Shown here: piece by piece, positions 20,304 through 29,378 of the stretch
How the letters are laid out: every line of letters starts with the position of its first letter
How positions within the stretch are numbered: position 1 is the stretch's first letter
Assembly (NCBI GenBank): GCA_964478165.1
Contig: CAYZGU010000039.1
Span: 7,963-71,962, forward strand
DNA length: 64,000 nt
Source: an uncultured bacterium
GTDB lineage: Bacteria > Poribacteria > WGA-4E > JAJDTR01
Reading direction: 5' to 3'
Notes under the pieces: model-generated
Database searches by the model: none
What the model was told of the DNA's origin: nothing
What the model saw: only the letters and a program-made list of their open reading frames with translations
Made by a program: the position numbers and the translations under genes

Positions 20304-21384
20304 TGTTAAGAGAATTGGAAAATCTTTTGCCGCTCAATCACCGTCGGTCGTGGATAATGTCAGCTTTGAGGTGAAGTCCGGAGAGATTTTCGGCCTTTTG
20401 GGTCCAAGTGGTTGTGGAAAGACCACGACATTGCGATTAATTGCGGGCTTCGAACATGTGGATACGGGTGAAATCTACTTAGACAATCGGCCTATTGAAA
20501 CTCCCTCAGTTCACATATCACCTGCATTACGGAAGATTGGGTTTGTTTTTCAGGATTGCGCTCTCTTTCCACATCTCAATGTGTTGGATAATGTCTCTTT
20601 CGGACTTAAGAAATTACGCGGTAAGGCTCGGCGTGACCGGTCGATGGAAGTATTGGAAATGGTCGGGTTAGCTGAGTTCCAATCTCGAAGACCACATGAC
20701 CTTTCAGGTGGTGAGCAGCGGAGAGTGGCGCTGGCTCGTTCAATTGCACCCAGCCCCGAGATCATTCTGTTGGACGAACCATTTTCTGGTTTAGACGATC
20801 CACTGCGCCAATCAACACGAGAGGAAGTTCGGAAGCTCTTGAAGAAAGCAGGAACTAGTGCAATATTGGTCACGCATGATCAGGATGAGGCTTTAAGTTT
20901 AGCGGATCGGGTTGGGGTGATGAGAAGAGGTAAGCTTGAACAGACAGGTACTCCGGAGGATCTGTATCATCGTCCCAACACTCCATTTGTAGCAAGCTTC
21001 CTCGGGAAGACAAATCTGGTTTCCGGCCAAGGCGAAGGAGATTGGGCTGAAACCTCTCTGGGTAGAGTTAAACTCGATTGTTACGTTCGCGGAAAACTTC
21101 TCCTCTCGGTGCGCCCTGAGCACCTAATTATGACGAAAACTGATTCCGCGCAAACGGGTAGAGGTGCAGGCTGTATTGTTGCGCGTGAGTTCAAGGGACA
21201 CGATCTTACTTTTACCGTTCAGTTTGCAGGAAGTGATTACTTCGTCCAGACTGACTATCGATCTACTTGCAAGGTTGGGGAATGGGTTAGATTAGCCACA
21301 GTGGAACCTGCAGTCGTTCTTGAGCAACATGTGAAAGGAAAACCCCTGGGTTCTGAAACAGCCAACGGTGTTTCAGTTTCTTGA
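20287..21384 (+). CDS. Iron(III) ABC transporter ATP-binding protein (FbpC-type)
   Basis: Canonical Walker A GPSGCGKTT, Q-loop FVFQD, LSGGEQQRVALAR, Walker B LLDEPFSGLD, H-loop VTHD, and a C-terminal TOBE-like domain. Confidence 0.9.
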   Translation: MTPLLSVKRIGKSFAAQSPSVVDNVSFEVKSGEIFGLLGPSGCGKTTTLRLIAGFEHVDTGEIYLDNRPIETPSVHISPALRKIGFVFQDCALFPHLNVLDNVSFGLKKLRGKARRDRSMEVLEMVGLAEFQSRRPHDLSGGEQRRVALARSIAPSPEIILLDEPFSGLDDPLRQSTREEVRKLLKKAGTSAILVTHDQDEALSLADRVGVMRRGKLEQTGTPEDLYHRPNTPFVASFLGKTNLVSGQGEGDWAETSLGRVKLDCYVRGKLLLSVRPEHLIMTKTDSAQTGRGAGCIVAREFKGHDLTFTVQFAGSDYFVQTDYRSTCKVGEWVRLATVEPAVVLEQHVKGKPLGSETANGVSVS

Positions 21385-22132
21385 GGCTTGAATCGGGTAA
21401 AGCACCTTCAGCGGTTGTTGCGAAAACACAGCTCATCAGTGTCCCAACATACCTGGTCCAAAACGTCATTGGTTGGCTTTGTAGGAAGGCAAGTTGAGTT
21501 CTTCTCACTTTCCTGATACATTGTGGTAAATTGCTCGATGGCGATTAAACTAACTTGAATCGCGCATAAAAATTGCTCGAGTTCTCTAGGCGGTGTATTC
21601 TATCAGGCGTTCACTTGATGTAAGCTTAATGTCTTGTGTTCGCCTTGGAAACGTAAATATGTTCGTGGGATGATGTTGATGGCTACTGCGTTTCGAAGTC
21701 GTTGTGTCATAATATAAGCAGATTGTTTCTTTGTTCTTCTTACAGAGGTCTTACGGAGATATAAAATCAACCTATTAGATTCATGGATAAAATGATTTCG
21801 AATGATTAAGACGCAAAATCTTCAATTTTCGTTCGATTTAAGAATTGCTCCATCACAAAACATGAAAGGTTCCTGGTGGAGTAGTTGAATGTTTTGGCGA
21901 ACGGCGCTGCCAAGTATTTTTGATTAAGCTACTTCTTGGCTCGGTGAACAGGAAAATTAGACGTATTCTGGGCCAGAGATGCTGATTGTGGCACCTGTTG
22001 TGGAGACCAAGAAATGTATCGTTTGGATTGTTGAGGACGGATGTCATGTGAGTACTAGTCGCAGTGCGTTTGCCTCTCAATGCCGAACCTCGTGTTCTTA
22101 TGTAATCAGGTTTACTCATCGCAAGGAGAACT

Positions 22133-23026
22133 ATGACACCTGCCACGATTGGCTTAATTGGGCTCTCCGCACTTTTTCATGCAGTGTGGAATCTCTGCGC
22201 GAAATCAAGCAGGTCAACCCCGATTTTTTTCTTCTGGCTCAGCCTCTTTACACTCATCGTGACGGCGATTGTATTCCTAATTCGAGCACCAATTATTCCT
22301 TGGACGATCTGGGGTTATATCGGCGTGTCTGGCGTAGTCCACTTTGCTTATTGGTATTCACTAAGCCGTGCGTACACCATCGGCGAGATCTCCTTTGTTT
22401 ACCCAATAGCCCGTTCGGCTCCAGCTTTTGTCGCTGGCTTTGCGATGCTATTCTTCGGTGAAACACTTTCAATTTTGGGATTAATCGGCATCTTTTGTGT
22501 TCTGCTTTCAATTCATCTTTTTCATCACCGCGCTGGTGAGAGAAAAGTGAGAAGCTTCGTTCGACATCTAGGGAAGTCAGATTCTATCTGGGCATTTGCG
22601 ACGCTTGGTACTGTGATTTCTTATTCATTAATTGACAAACAAGGAATGGCCCAGTTCCGACTTCATTCTAGCGAAGCGGGTTCTTGGTGCTCCCTTATGT
22701 ATTATCTAACCGAAGGTTCCGTCTCCGCGGTATTTTACGGTGTCTATACCCTTTTCCAGTGCACGTGGAGGAGAATCGCTGATATCGGTCGACTAGAGTG
22801 GAGAAAAATAGTCTTAGCAGGTCCACTTGCGACGGTAGGGTATACCATCATTCTCTACTTGTTCATGACAGAGAAAGTCAGCTACGTTGTTGCACTCCGA
22901 CAATGCTCTATTATCTTCGCCGTGTTTTTCGGAGGTTACATATTGAAAGAGTCCCGCTCACGATTGCGAATAGCAGCGGCTATTTTGATGGTATTTGGCA
23001 TGTTTCTGATTGCGGGAGCGGAGTGA
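22133..23026 (+). CDS. DMT-superfamily (EamA-like) membrane transporter
   Basis: 297 aa, about 10 TM helices in two homologous halves. Confidence 0.6.
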   Translation: MTPATIGLIGLSALFHAVWNLCAKSSRSTPIFFFWLSLFTLIVTAIVFLIRAPIIPWTIWGYIGVSGVVHFAYWYSLSRAYTIGEISFVYPIARSAPAFVAGFAMLFFGETLSILGLIGIFCVLLSIHLFHHRAGERKVRSFVRHLGKSDSIWAFATLGTVISYSLIDKQGMAQFRLHSSEAGSWCSLMYYLTEGSVSAVFYGVYTLFQCTWRRIADIGRLEWRKIVLAGPLATVGYTIILYLFMTEKVSYVVALRQCSIIFAVFFGGYILKESRSRLRIAAAILMVFGMFLIAGAE

Positions 23027-23059
23027 TTGGGGGCGTAAGGCGCCCTTGCGTTGGTGAAT

Positions 23060-24033
23060 GTCATTTTAGAGTATTGATTCTTCGAATGCTATGTCTAGCT
23101 CTACGCTTCGCTCGGGGTGGTTGTCCATATCTTGGCATGCCTCAACAGACTGAGCAAAGGCAACCGCAGGTCGAACAACATCTTCACACGGGGGGTGTCC
23201 TTCAGACAGCCAGGTCGAGCAGGTGTCGAAGATGCGGCGAAAATCCCAGCGAGGGTGGTCGTTGTTGGAATCGCTGTTTGTCCGAGCGAAGATGAGATTA
23301 GGTACTTGGAAATGGGCCACTGCTCCGAAGTCTAGACCTCCTTTGCCCGCTTCTGCCCATCCGCCAAGTAAGATGTTAAGATGTTCCCGCCGAATGCCAG
23401 TTCATGAATCGCTTGGTCGAGGCCCATGTGGTTTGCGCGCGTGTCGGTTGCCGTCTTCAGTTCGAATCCGACACCGACGGCCATGGAATCGAGCTCTATG
23501 TCTGTACCTATCTCATCGCCATGGAGCGACGCGTTTCGAGTGGTTCGAGCGTAACCAGAAGGGAGGCGCCAGCTGAATTCGCCATCTGCGCTGACATTAA
23601 TCCGATTGCTCCGAGGCCAAAAATGGTGACGCCATCGTCAAGTCGCACTTGTCCATCTCGAATTACTTCTAGTGCAAATTGCGCGGGACCATAACAGACG
23701 GCTTCTTTCCATGTCATTCGCTCGTTCATGCGTAATCATTTTGTGACTTCCCACGTATGTGTCTTCCGCAAGTGGCCATGACCTGCCTTCTACCACCTAC
23801 TGAGAAACCTTCCACGCAACTACCAGTTTCCATAATCCGTTCCACGCACATGTTGCCCCCAATCCCATCGCGAATTTGTTTCTGCGCAGTCCGTAATATC
23901 CTGTCATTTCAGTCCCGCGTTTCGTAGCCCCGAACTCAACCTTGACGCGCACGTGTCCTTCAGGAACTGGCCCATGTTCGTAATCGCGTAGGATGGGATT
24001 CTGAGGTGCGACGGCAACGAATACTTTTGGCAT
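23060..24033 (-). pseudogene. Fragmented medium-chain dehydrogenase/reductase (alcohol-dehydrogenase-like) gene remnant
   Basis: Three minus-strand ORFs in different frames. ORF 23797..24033 has an MDR N-terminus (GPVPEGHVRVKVEFGA...). ORF 23508..23729 has the substrate-domain end plus Rossmann GLGAIG. About 50 aa are missing between them, and the Zn-ligating Cys are replaced. Confidence 0.4.
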
Positions 24034-24099
24034 GCTAATCTCCTAATCCTAGCTCTTGGCTTCTTAATTTGGCACAGAGTTAGCCACGGGTGTCACAGC

Positions 24100-24825
24100 T
24101 TAGTTTCTAGTTTGATCGTTTGTGTTGGGAATTGTGAGCTCTAGAAAAAGATCTGTTAAGTCTGTTTCGACTGCGGCTATTTTGTCATGGTAAGCCAAGC
24201 CAGATTGGGCCAAGATTGCAACATGGCTACAGATTGGGACTAGATCAGTGGGACGGTTCGTTGCGATGACAATTGCCTTTCTCATTGCAGCGAGCTCTTG
24301 TATCAGTGCTTTCATTTCAATCTGTCCGCGCGCGTCTAGTCCCAGCAGTGGCTGGTCGAGCAACCAGACCTGTGGATCGTGTAGGAAGGTTTTTGCCAGA
24401 CAAAGTCGCCGTTTCTCGCCGTAGGAGAGAGATTTGATCTTCCGATTGGATAGTGCACCAATATCCGTGAGATTGAGGACTTCTTGAACTAAGGTCGTAT
24501 GCGTTCTCTTCTCTAACTTGTAGGCTCTCGAAAAAAAATCAAGGTATTCATGGACCGAGAGGTCTGGATAGCCATGGAAGGTTTCTGGCACGTAACCGAT
24601 GTTCGGTCGCACGATTTGTGGGTTGTTTAACGCGTCATGGCCAATGATAGTGAGGTTGCCGGACGTTGGCTTCTCAATGGTTGCTAGGATTTTGAGTAGA
24701 AGGGTTTTGCCTGAACCGTTGGTCCCGAGTAGTCCAAGGCAATTACCGTATTCCACACGAAACGTAAGGTTTGTGAGAACGGTATTTTCACCGATAGATT
24801 TGCTCAGATTCTTTACTTCAATCAC
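24100..24825 (-). CDS. ABC-type nucleotide-binding domain protein with degenerate catalytic motifs
   Basis: 241 aa. Walker A GTNGSGKT and signature LSYGEKRRL are present. Q-loop is VPETF (Gln to Glu), Walker B is LLDQP (catalytic Glu to Gln), H-loop is ATNRP (His to Asn). No permease gene adjacent. Confidence 0.8.
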   Translation of the reverse strand: MIEVKNLSKSIGENTVLTNLTFRVEYGNCLGLLGTNGSGKTLLLKILATIEKPTSGNLTIIGHDALNNPQIVRPNIGYVPETFHGYPDLSVHEYLDFFSRAYKLEKRTHTTLVQEVLNLTDIGALSNRKIKSLSYGEKRRLCLAKTFLHDPQVWLLDQPLLGLDARGQIEMKALIQELAAMRKAIVIATNRPTDLVPICSHVAILAQSGLAYHDKIAAVETDLTDLFLELTIPNTNDQTRN

Positions 24826-25147
24826 GACGGCCCCCCTTGCTATCAGTTGTGGTGCATATGAGCCTTATTTGTGAGTTTCTATGCGCGAATTCCAAGAGTC
24901 TCTTAAGGACTTGAGTGCCTCAAAACACGTGAGCCGCTCTCATATTTGCTGTGGATCGACCTTTGTGATTATAACATGGCTTGGCTATCTTGATAACGAT
25001 TTTATTTTATACCCCAATTCGTATGTGGAATCACGTTCGAAGAAAAAGGCACCTTAAAGGAGTGAGTTCACAACTTTTTTAAATGTCCTAAAATCAAGAG
25101 TCTATCATCATGGGTTAGCGTGTATGCGATTTTGCGACCCCCTCCAT

Positions 25148-26473
25148 TTAGAAGCTGATTTCTACGGAGGCGACGTTCCAATCTGTTTCGATATTAGCAA
25201 ATCGAGCCACGTGTAGATTGAGGAACTTGAACAGTCGTAAAGTCGCACCATACGTGGAAAACCCTTGATTGTTTCCTACACGTAGGCCTATTGACAACAG
25301 ACTTTTGGGCAGGAAGACTGCCTCGGCACCCAGATGGAGACGGTCATTAAATGAGCCGGACTTGAATTGACCGAGTTGATCGTCACCGTTAGGATCCTTC
25401 AGGGCTCCAGCAATGGTTAGATGACAGATGTCCGTGGCGAGATCTAGTAGTTCAAGTGGTTTTGCCGCGAACGAAATGACAAAGTTTCGCGGGAATTGAC
25501 AATCAACTTCTATTTTAGTACCAGTGGAATGTTTCTGCTTAACGGTGATGCCGCTGATGGAGTTGCGAAGGGTCAATCCGACCTTTAACCCATCGATTGG
25601 AGTAAGTAACGTTCCTACGTCCATACTGTACCCACTTGAAAAATCCAGATTATCAAGCGCAAATTGGCCAAATCCTTCTGCCTTATCGAAATCGAGATAG
25701 TTTTTTTTGAATTCGTCAGGATTAAGGAGATCCGCAATCTCGAAAGGATCGTTTTCATCTGTTACAACTCCCCGTCGAACGAAGCGAATTCCGCAGCCAA
25801 AGCTTGCTGTTTTGAGAAAGGGTTGGTTCGTGGGAATTTGAACGGCTAATGCGGTGGCTAATGCAATTTGACCCGTGACTCGATAGATGACATGATTATC
25901 TAATGCCTCAATCACGGAATCTCGCCACGGTAATCCCCTTTTGACAACCTCTAGGTCTACTTTGCCTTGTGAGTATAGCGACAATCCCAACGTAGCCTGA
26001 TAACGTTCGTCGGAAGCTAGCGGAATAATCATCCCAAACGATGGCAGGCCGACATCGAGACCGAGTCTCTGGGTAAGGAGGTTTTCTGCGCGATTTACAA
26101 GCTTCTCGCGTTCACTGGCTACCGCGGGATCCCTCAGCGGATCATCTGAGGCCATCAACGGCTTGATGGTTTCGTTAAAAAATCTGGTAATCGTATCCAA
26201 CTCACCTGCCAGATCGTCTGTCACTCGTGCACGAAGCGCTAGGAATTGGAAAAGTGTGTTGTCAATCTGTGCTAAACCAGCAGGATTATAGTGTAGCGCG
26301 TTGATGTCATCGGCGACGGCTTCGAACCCGTTTCCTAATCCGAGTGCGCGAGCTCCGTGAAAGAGAAATAGCGGTTCTCTCCCATCTTCTGCAATTGCAA
26401 GAAATGAGATGCTGAACAGTGTCAATGCTAGTAGTGTCGAGACGATAAAGGTTCCTGAACTGGTGAATCTCAT
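25148..26473 (-). CDS. FadL/OmpP1/TodX-family outer-membrane channel for hydrophobic compounds
   Basis: 441 aa. Signal peptide; N-terminal hatch motif GLGNGFEAVADDINALHYNPAGL matches FadL [26 protein letters not shown]; C-terminal Phe. Confidence 0.6.
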   Translation of the reverse strand: MRFTSSGTFIVSTLLALTLFSISFLAIAEDGREPLFLFHGARALGLGNGFEAVADDINALHYNPAGLAQIDNTLFQFLALRARVTDDLAGELDTITRFFNETIKPLMASDDPLRDPAVASEREKLVNRAENLLTQRLGLDVGLPSFGMIIPLASDERYQATLGLSLYSQGKVDLEVVKRGLPWRDSVIEALDNHVIYRVTGQIALATALAVQIPTNQPFLKTASFGCGIRFVRRGVVTDENDPFEIADLLNPDEFKKNYLDFDKAEGFGQFALDNLDFSSGYSMDVGTLLTPIDGLKVGLTLRNSISGITVKQKHSTGTKIEVDCQFPRNFVISFAAKPLELLDLATDICHLTIAGALKDPNGDDQLGQFKSGSFNDRLHLGAEAVFLPKSLLSIGLRVGNNQGFSTYGATLRLFKFLNLHVARFANIETDWNVASVEISF

Positions 26474-26579
26474 TTTGTCTCCTCCATCAGGTTAATAGAG
26501 TTTCAACCTTGTTGGCAAACGAGTGCCATTTGCGCATTGATTTGCGCTGCGACGTGGTTGTTTGGGGCGTTGTAGTACT

Positions 26580-27536
26580 TCACCTAATTTGTCTAATTCG
26601 ATTGCCCAGCGCATTCCTGTCAAAGACAAACCCCCAGTCAATTAGCTCATCTGCAAACGTGATAATGACATCTTCGCCAATCACATCAATGAAGTCTAGA
26701 ATTGCCGCCTCCTGATCGGGTGCCACTTGTTTTGCCAAAGCCAGTGCATGTTCAAGATGGAACAGTGCATCCTGCTGGTATATCGTACGATCAACCCGTG
26801 CTATGTCGGCCTCAATTGGGTGTCCATCGATGTCCTTGACATTCGGAAACCCCGGGACTGATGCGCTTGGACTGGCTAGCAAAGCCAACGCAAGAAGTAT
26901 GCTCTGGCGTTCGCTAGCACGAAACTGCCCAAGTAGATCTCCCGGTCGCCTGTTTGAATCGCTCTCAACTTGTCTGAATACGTCTGTTCGTATGTTTCCA
27001 CGTGGGGCCAGACCAATTTTATACCTAGTGGGATTTGGCAAATGGCTAACGAATAGAAGATCGTCGTCGGTTCCTTGGATGCCATCGAGTCCAAAGCCTT
27101 CTATTAGTATCAACCTGACGGCTTCCAATGTATAGAGTCGAACGAGATCGAGGTGAATAAACATCAAATCAGTATCAGAAATTGGCAAAAATAGTTGGGA
27201 TGGAGCTGCCAGACTGAGTGTCGAAATTCCGTGATTCAGCGCATCTAGGAGTCTGTAGTAGCCAGCAATGGCCTGCTGAAGCTCATCCTCAAGTACCACT
27301 AATTCAAATGGATCTAACAACAATTCAGATGCGAGATCAGCAACGTCCCCGAGGTTTGAGAAATTCAGGAGAATTCCAGCGTCTTCGAGTCCCTGCTGTG
27401 TTTGATTAAAAATCTCTTTTGCTTCTTTCAGACTAGACTGCTCCGGTTCATGAACATGCATGCGTTCGGAACAAGACAAGAGAAAAATAATAAAAATGGC
27501 TATGGAGCTAGTGAAAAATGTATGTTGAATATACAT
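26580..27536 (-). CDS. Hypothetical lipoprotein (signal peptide with LLSC lipobox), acidic and Leu-rich
   Basis: The ORF is open to 27602, but MYIQHTFF...IFLLSC gives a lipoprotein signal peptide. No recognisable domain. Co-oriented immediately upstream of the FadL-like gene. Confidence 0.4.
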   Translation of the reverse strand: MYIQHTFFTSSIAIFIIFLLSCSERMHVHEPEQSSLKEAKEIFNQTQQGLEDAGILLNFSNLGDVADLASELLLDPFELVVLEDELQQAIAGYYRLLDALNHGISTLSLAAPSQLFLPISDTDLMFIHLDLVRLYTLEAVRLILIEGFGLDGIQGTDDDLLFVSHLPNPTRYKIGLAPRGNIRTDVFRQVESDSNRRPGDLLGQFRASERQSILLALALLASPSASVPGFPNVKDIDGHPIEADIARVDRTIYQQDALFHLEHALALAKQVAPDQEAAILDFIDVIGEDVIITFADELIDWGFVFDRNALGNRIRQIR

Positions 27537-28106
27537 TAACAAGTGGCGCGATGTCCTTAGGCCAATAATCGGGCTTTGTCGAGTCGTAATGGTTTTATGC
27601 ATTTCCTTTTTCTCCGATTTGTGTCTGCGGTGATGAATTCATGCAGGTAGTGGATGATTGATTTGGGTAACATGAGTCCTGTGCTTCACGGTCAACCAAT
27701 GCAATAGGTATGCCAAATGAGCCTGTCGAAAACGATGGCCGATGGAAGTGAGGAACATATTCGGTGATTACGAATGCTAAAACGATAGAAAGTAATTAGT
27801 CAATAACACGACGTAGGGCGGTCTTCAGAGGGGATTGCGAAGCGTCAGTTTTCCTCGGGTTTGAATTCAGTTCCATTTATCATTCGCGACTTCAGGGGGG
27901 AATAAGTAGGTTAGGTGCGACTTGCCCAAGCGGGTTGTAAATCCAGTTTAAAGTATACTTTTTCATTCATCTGTGCAGTACGGGATAAGATTCGCACACA
28001 CTGCCCATGTCTTTTCTCGATTAAAATGGTTCAACAAAAGAGCGGTAATGCGTTTGCGTCCTTGGGTTAGGCCCAGGACAGATTTTGGTTATTCGTAAGT
28101 ATTTCG

Positions 28107-28152
28107 TTGTCAGCACTGTTTAAGATGTCCGCTGATTGAACAGTGCTGACAA
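28107..28152. repeat. Perfect 14-bp inverted repeat (TTGTCAGCACTGTT ... AACAGTGCTGACAA) with 18-nt spacer in a gene-poor region
   Basis: Read directly. No flanking U-tract and no adjacent gene end. Confidence 0.5.
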
Positions 28153-28790
28153 TGATAACTAATTAGGCGATGCTCGGCTATCGGACAGTTCAATTAGATT
28201 TGGGACTTTTCCCCTATGCAGAGTTAGTTAACTGTTTGTGACGACAAACTATGCTTGTGTAAGGTGTTTGTCAGTAGTTACATGTTGTTCTGAGTAATAT
28301 CGTTATAGGAGGCCACGTATCCACATCATCAGGGACGCGTTGAGAAGTGATGAAAATGGTGTTTGTCGGTTTTGGTTGGGTACAGACGAGCAGTTTCTGG
28401 GGAATGATGTTGTTGTGGAGTCTTGAACACGGAGCGTAGTATGCGGCAAACATGGTAGGTAGGCTGTGGGCTTCCGAGCATCGATGATTTAGAAGAACTA
28501 CGCACTGAATCTTACAGCACTCTGTCCCCCAGACAACAAAGACGGTAGCGACAATGCCAAAACGTCATCTCGATTATGGCCGTTGTTTCAGTGGGTCATG
28601 AAAAAAAGATAGGTACACTCCACGTCCATTAAGAATGTACAGGACTACAAACACCGTCCAATTGTCAGAAAAAAGGCATGTGTGTCAACTGGTTGGTGAA
28701 AACCATCTAGAATTTGGCCGAGATGATAGGTGGGCTTCCATAGGTGCACAGTTACTCTTTTTGACAAGCTCGAAATCTCCGTATAGGTAT

Positions 28791-29378
28791 CTAACGTTGT
28801 TTGAGAAGTTCTGCCACATGGATGCGGAGTTTGGCGCCGGTATGGATCAGATCCTCATTGCCGATGGTATTTGATTCAATGATCTGATTCACACTGACGC
28901 CGTATTGCTGCGCAATCTTTACAAGGTTATCGGTTCTTTTTACAACGTAATAAATATCCTGTTGAAGAGGGATGTGAAGCTTTTGGCCCGTGTGGATTTT
29001 GTCCGGATCTCGGATTTCGTTGAAACGTAAGAGTGTGGCTACATCGAGATTATATTGCTGTGCAATCTTTCCAAGAGTGTCATATTCTTGAATCACGTAG
29101 ATGTGTGTTGAATCATGGGATACGGCCCGAGTAATTGGGGGACTTTCAAATTGGCTTTCATACTCTACAGATGATTTCTGGTTAAGGTCTGCAGAATCGC
29201 GGATTTGAGGGCCTTCCGAAAAAGCCCCGGCTAAACCTATCTCTTCCTGCCCAATTCCGGCGAGGGTGTCTCTATCTTTTATTACCGATGGTGGCCCTTC
29301 ATACAATTTGTCAAGCAAAATTATCAATAATGCTAAAAGAATCGAGGTCCACATTATTAGCTGAGTACGGGGGTTCAT
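28791..29378 (-). CDS. Membrane-anchored tandem LysM-domain protein
   Basis: Two LysM repeats (YVIQEYDTLGKIAQQYNLDVATLLRFN and YYVVKRTDNLVKIAQQYGVSVNQIIESN). The Met at 29378 is preceded by AGGAGA and followed by a TM helix. The ORF upstream of that Met (to 29558) is probably not translated. Confidence 0.7.
   Translation of the reverse strand: MNPRTQLIMWTSILLALLIILLDKLYEGPPSVIKDRDTLAGIGQEEIGLAGAFSEGPQIRDSADLNQKSSVEYESQFESPPITRAVSHDSTHIYVIQEYDTLGKIAQQYNLDVATLLRFNEIRDPDKIHTGQKLHIPLQQDIYYVVKRTDNLVKIAQQYGVSVNQIIESNTIGNEDLIHTGAKLRIHVAELLKQR

Noticed and set aside
23440-23480. tRNA T-loop-like GTTCGAATCC string
   Set aside because: No acceptor or T-stem complementarity around it. It lies inside the decayed dehydrogenase remnant.
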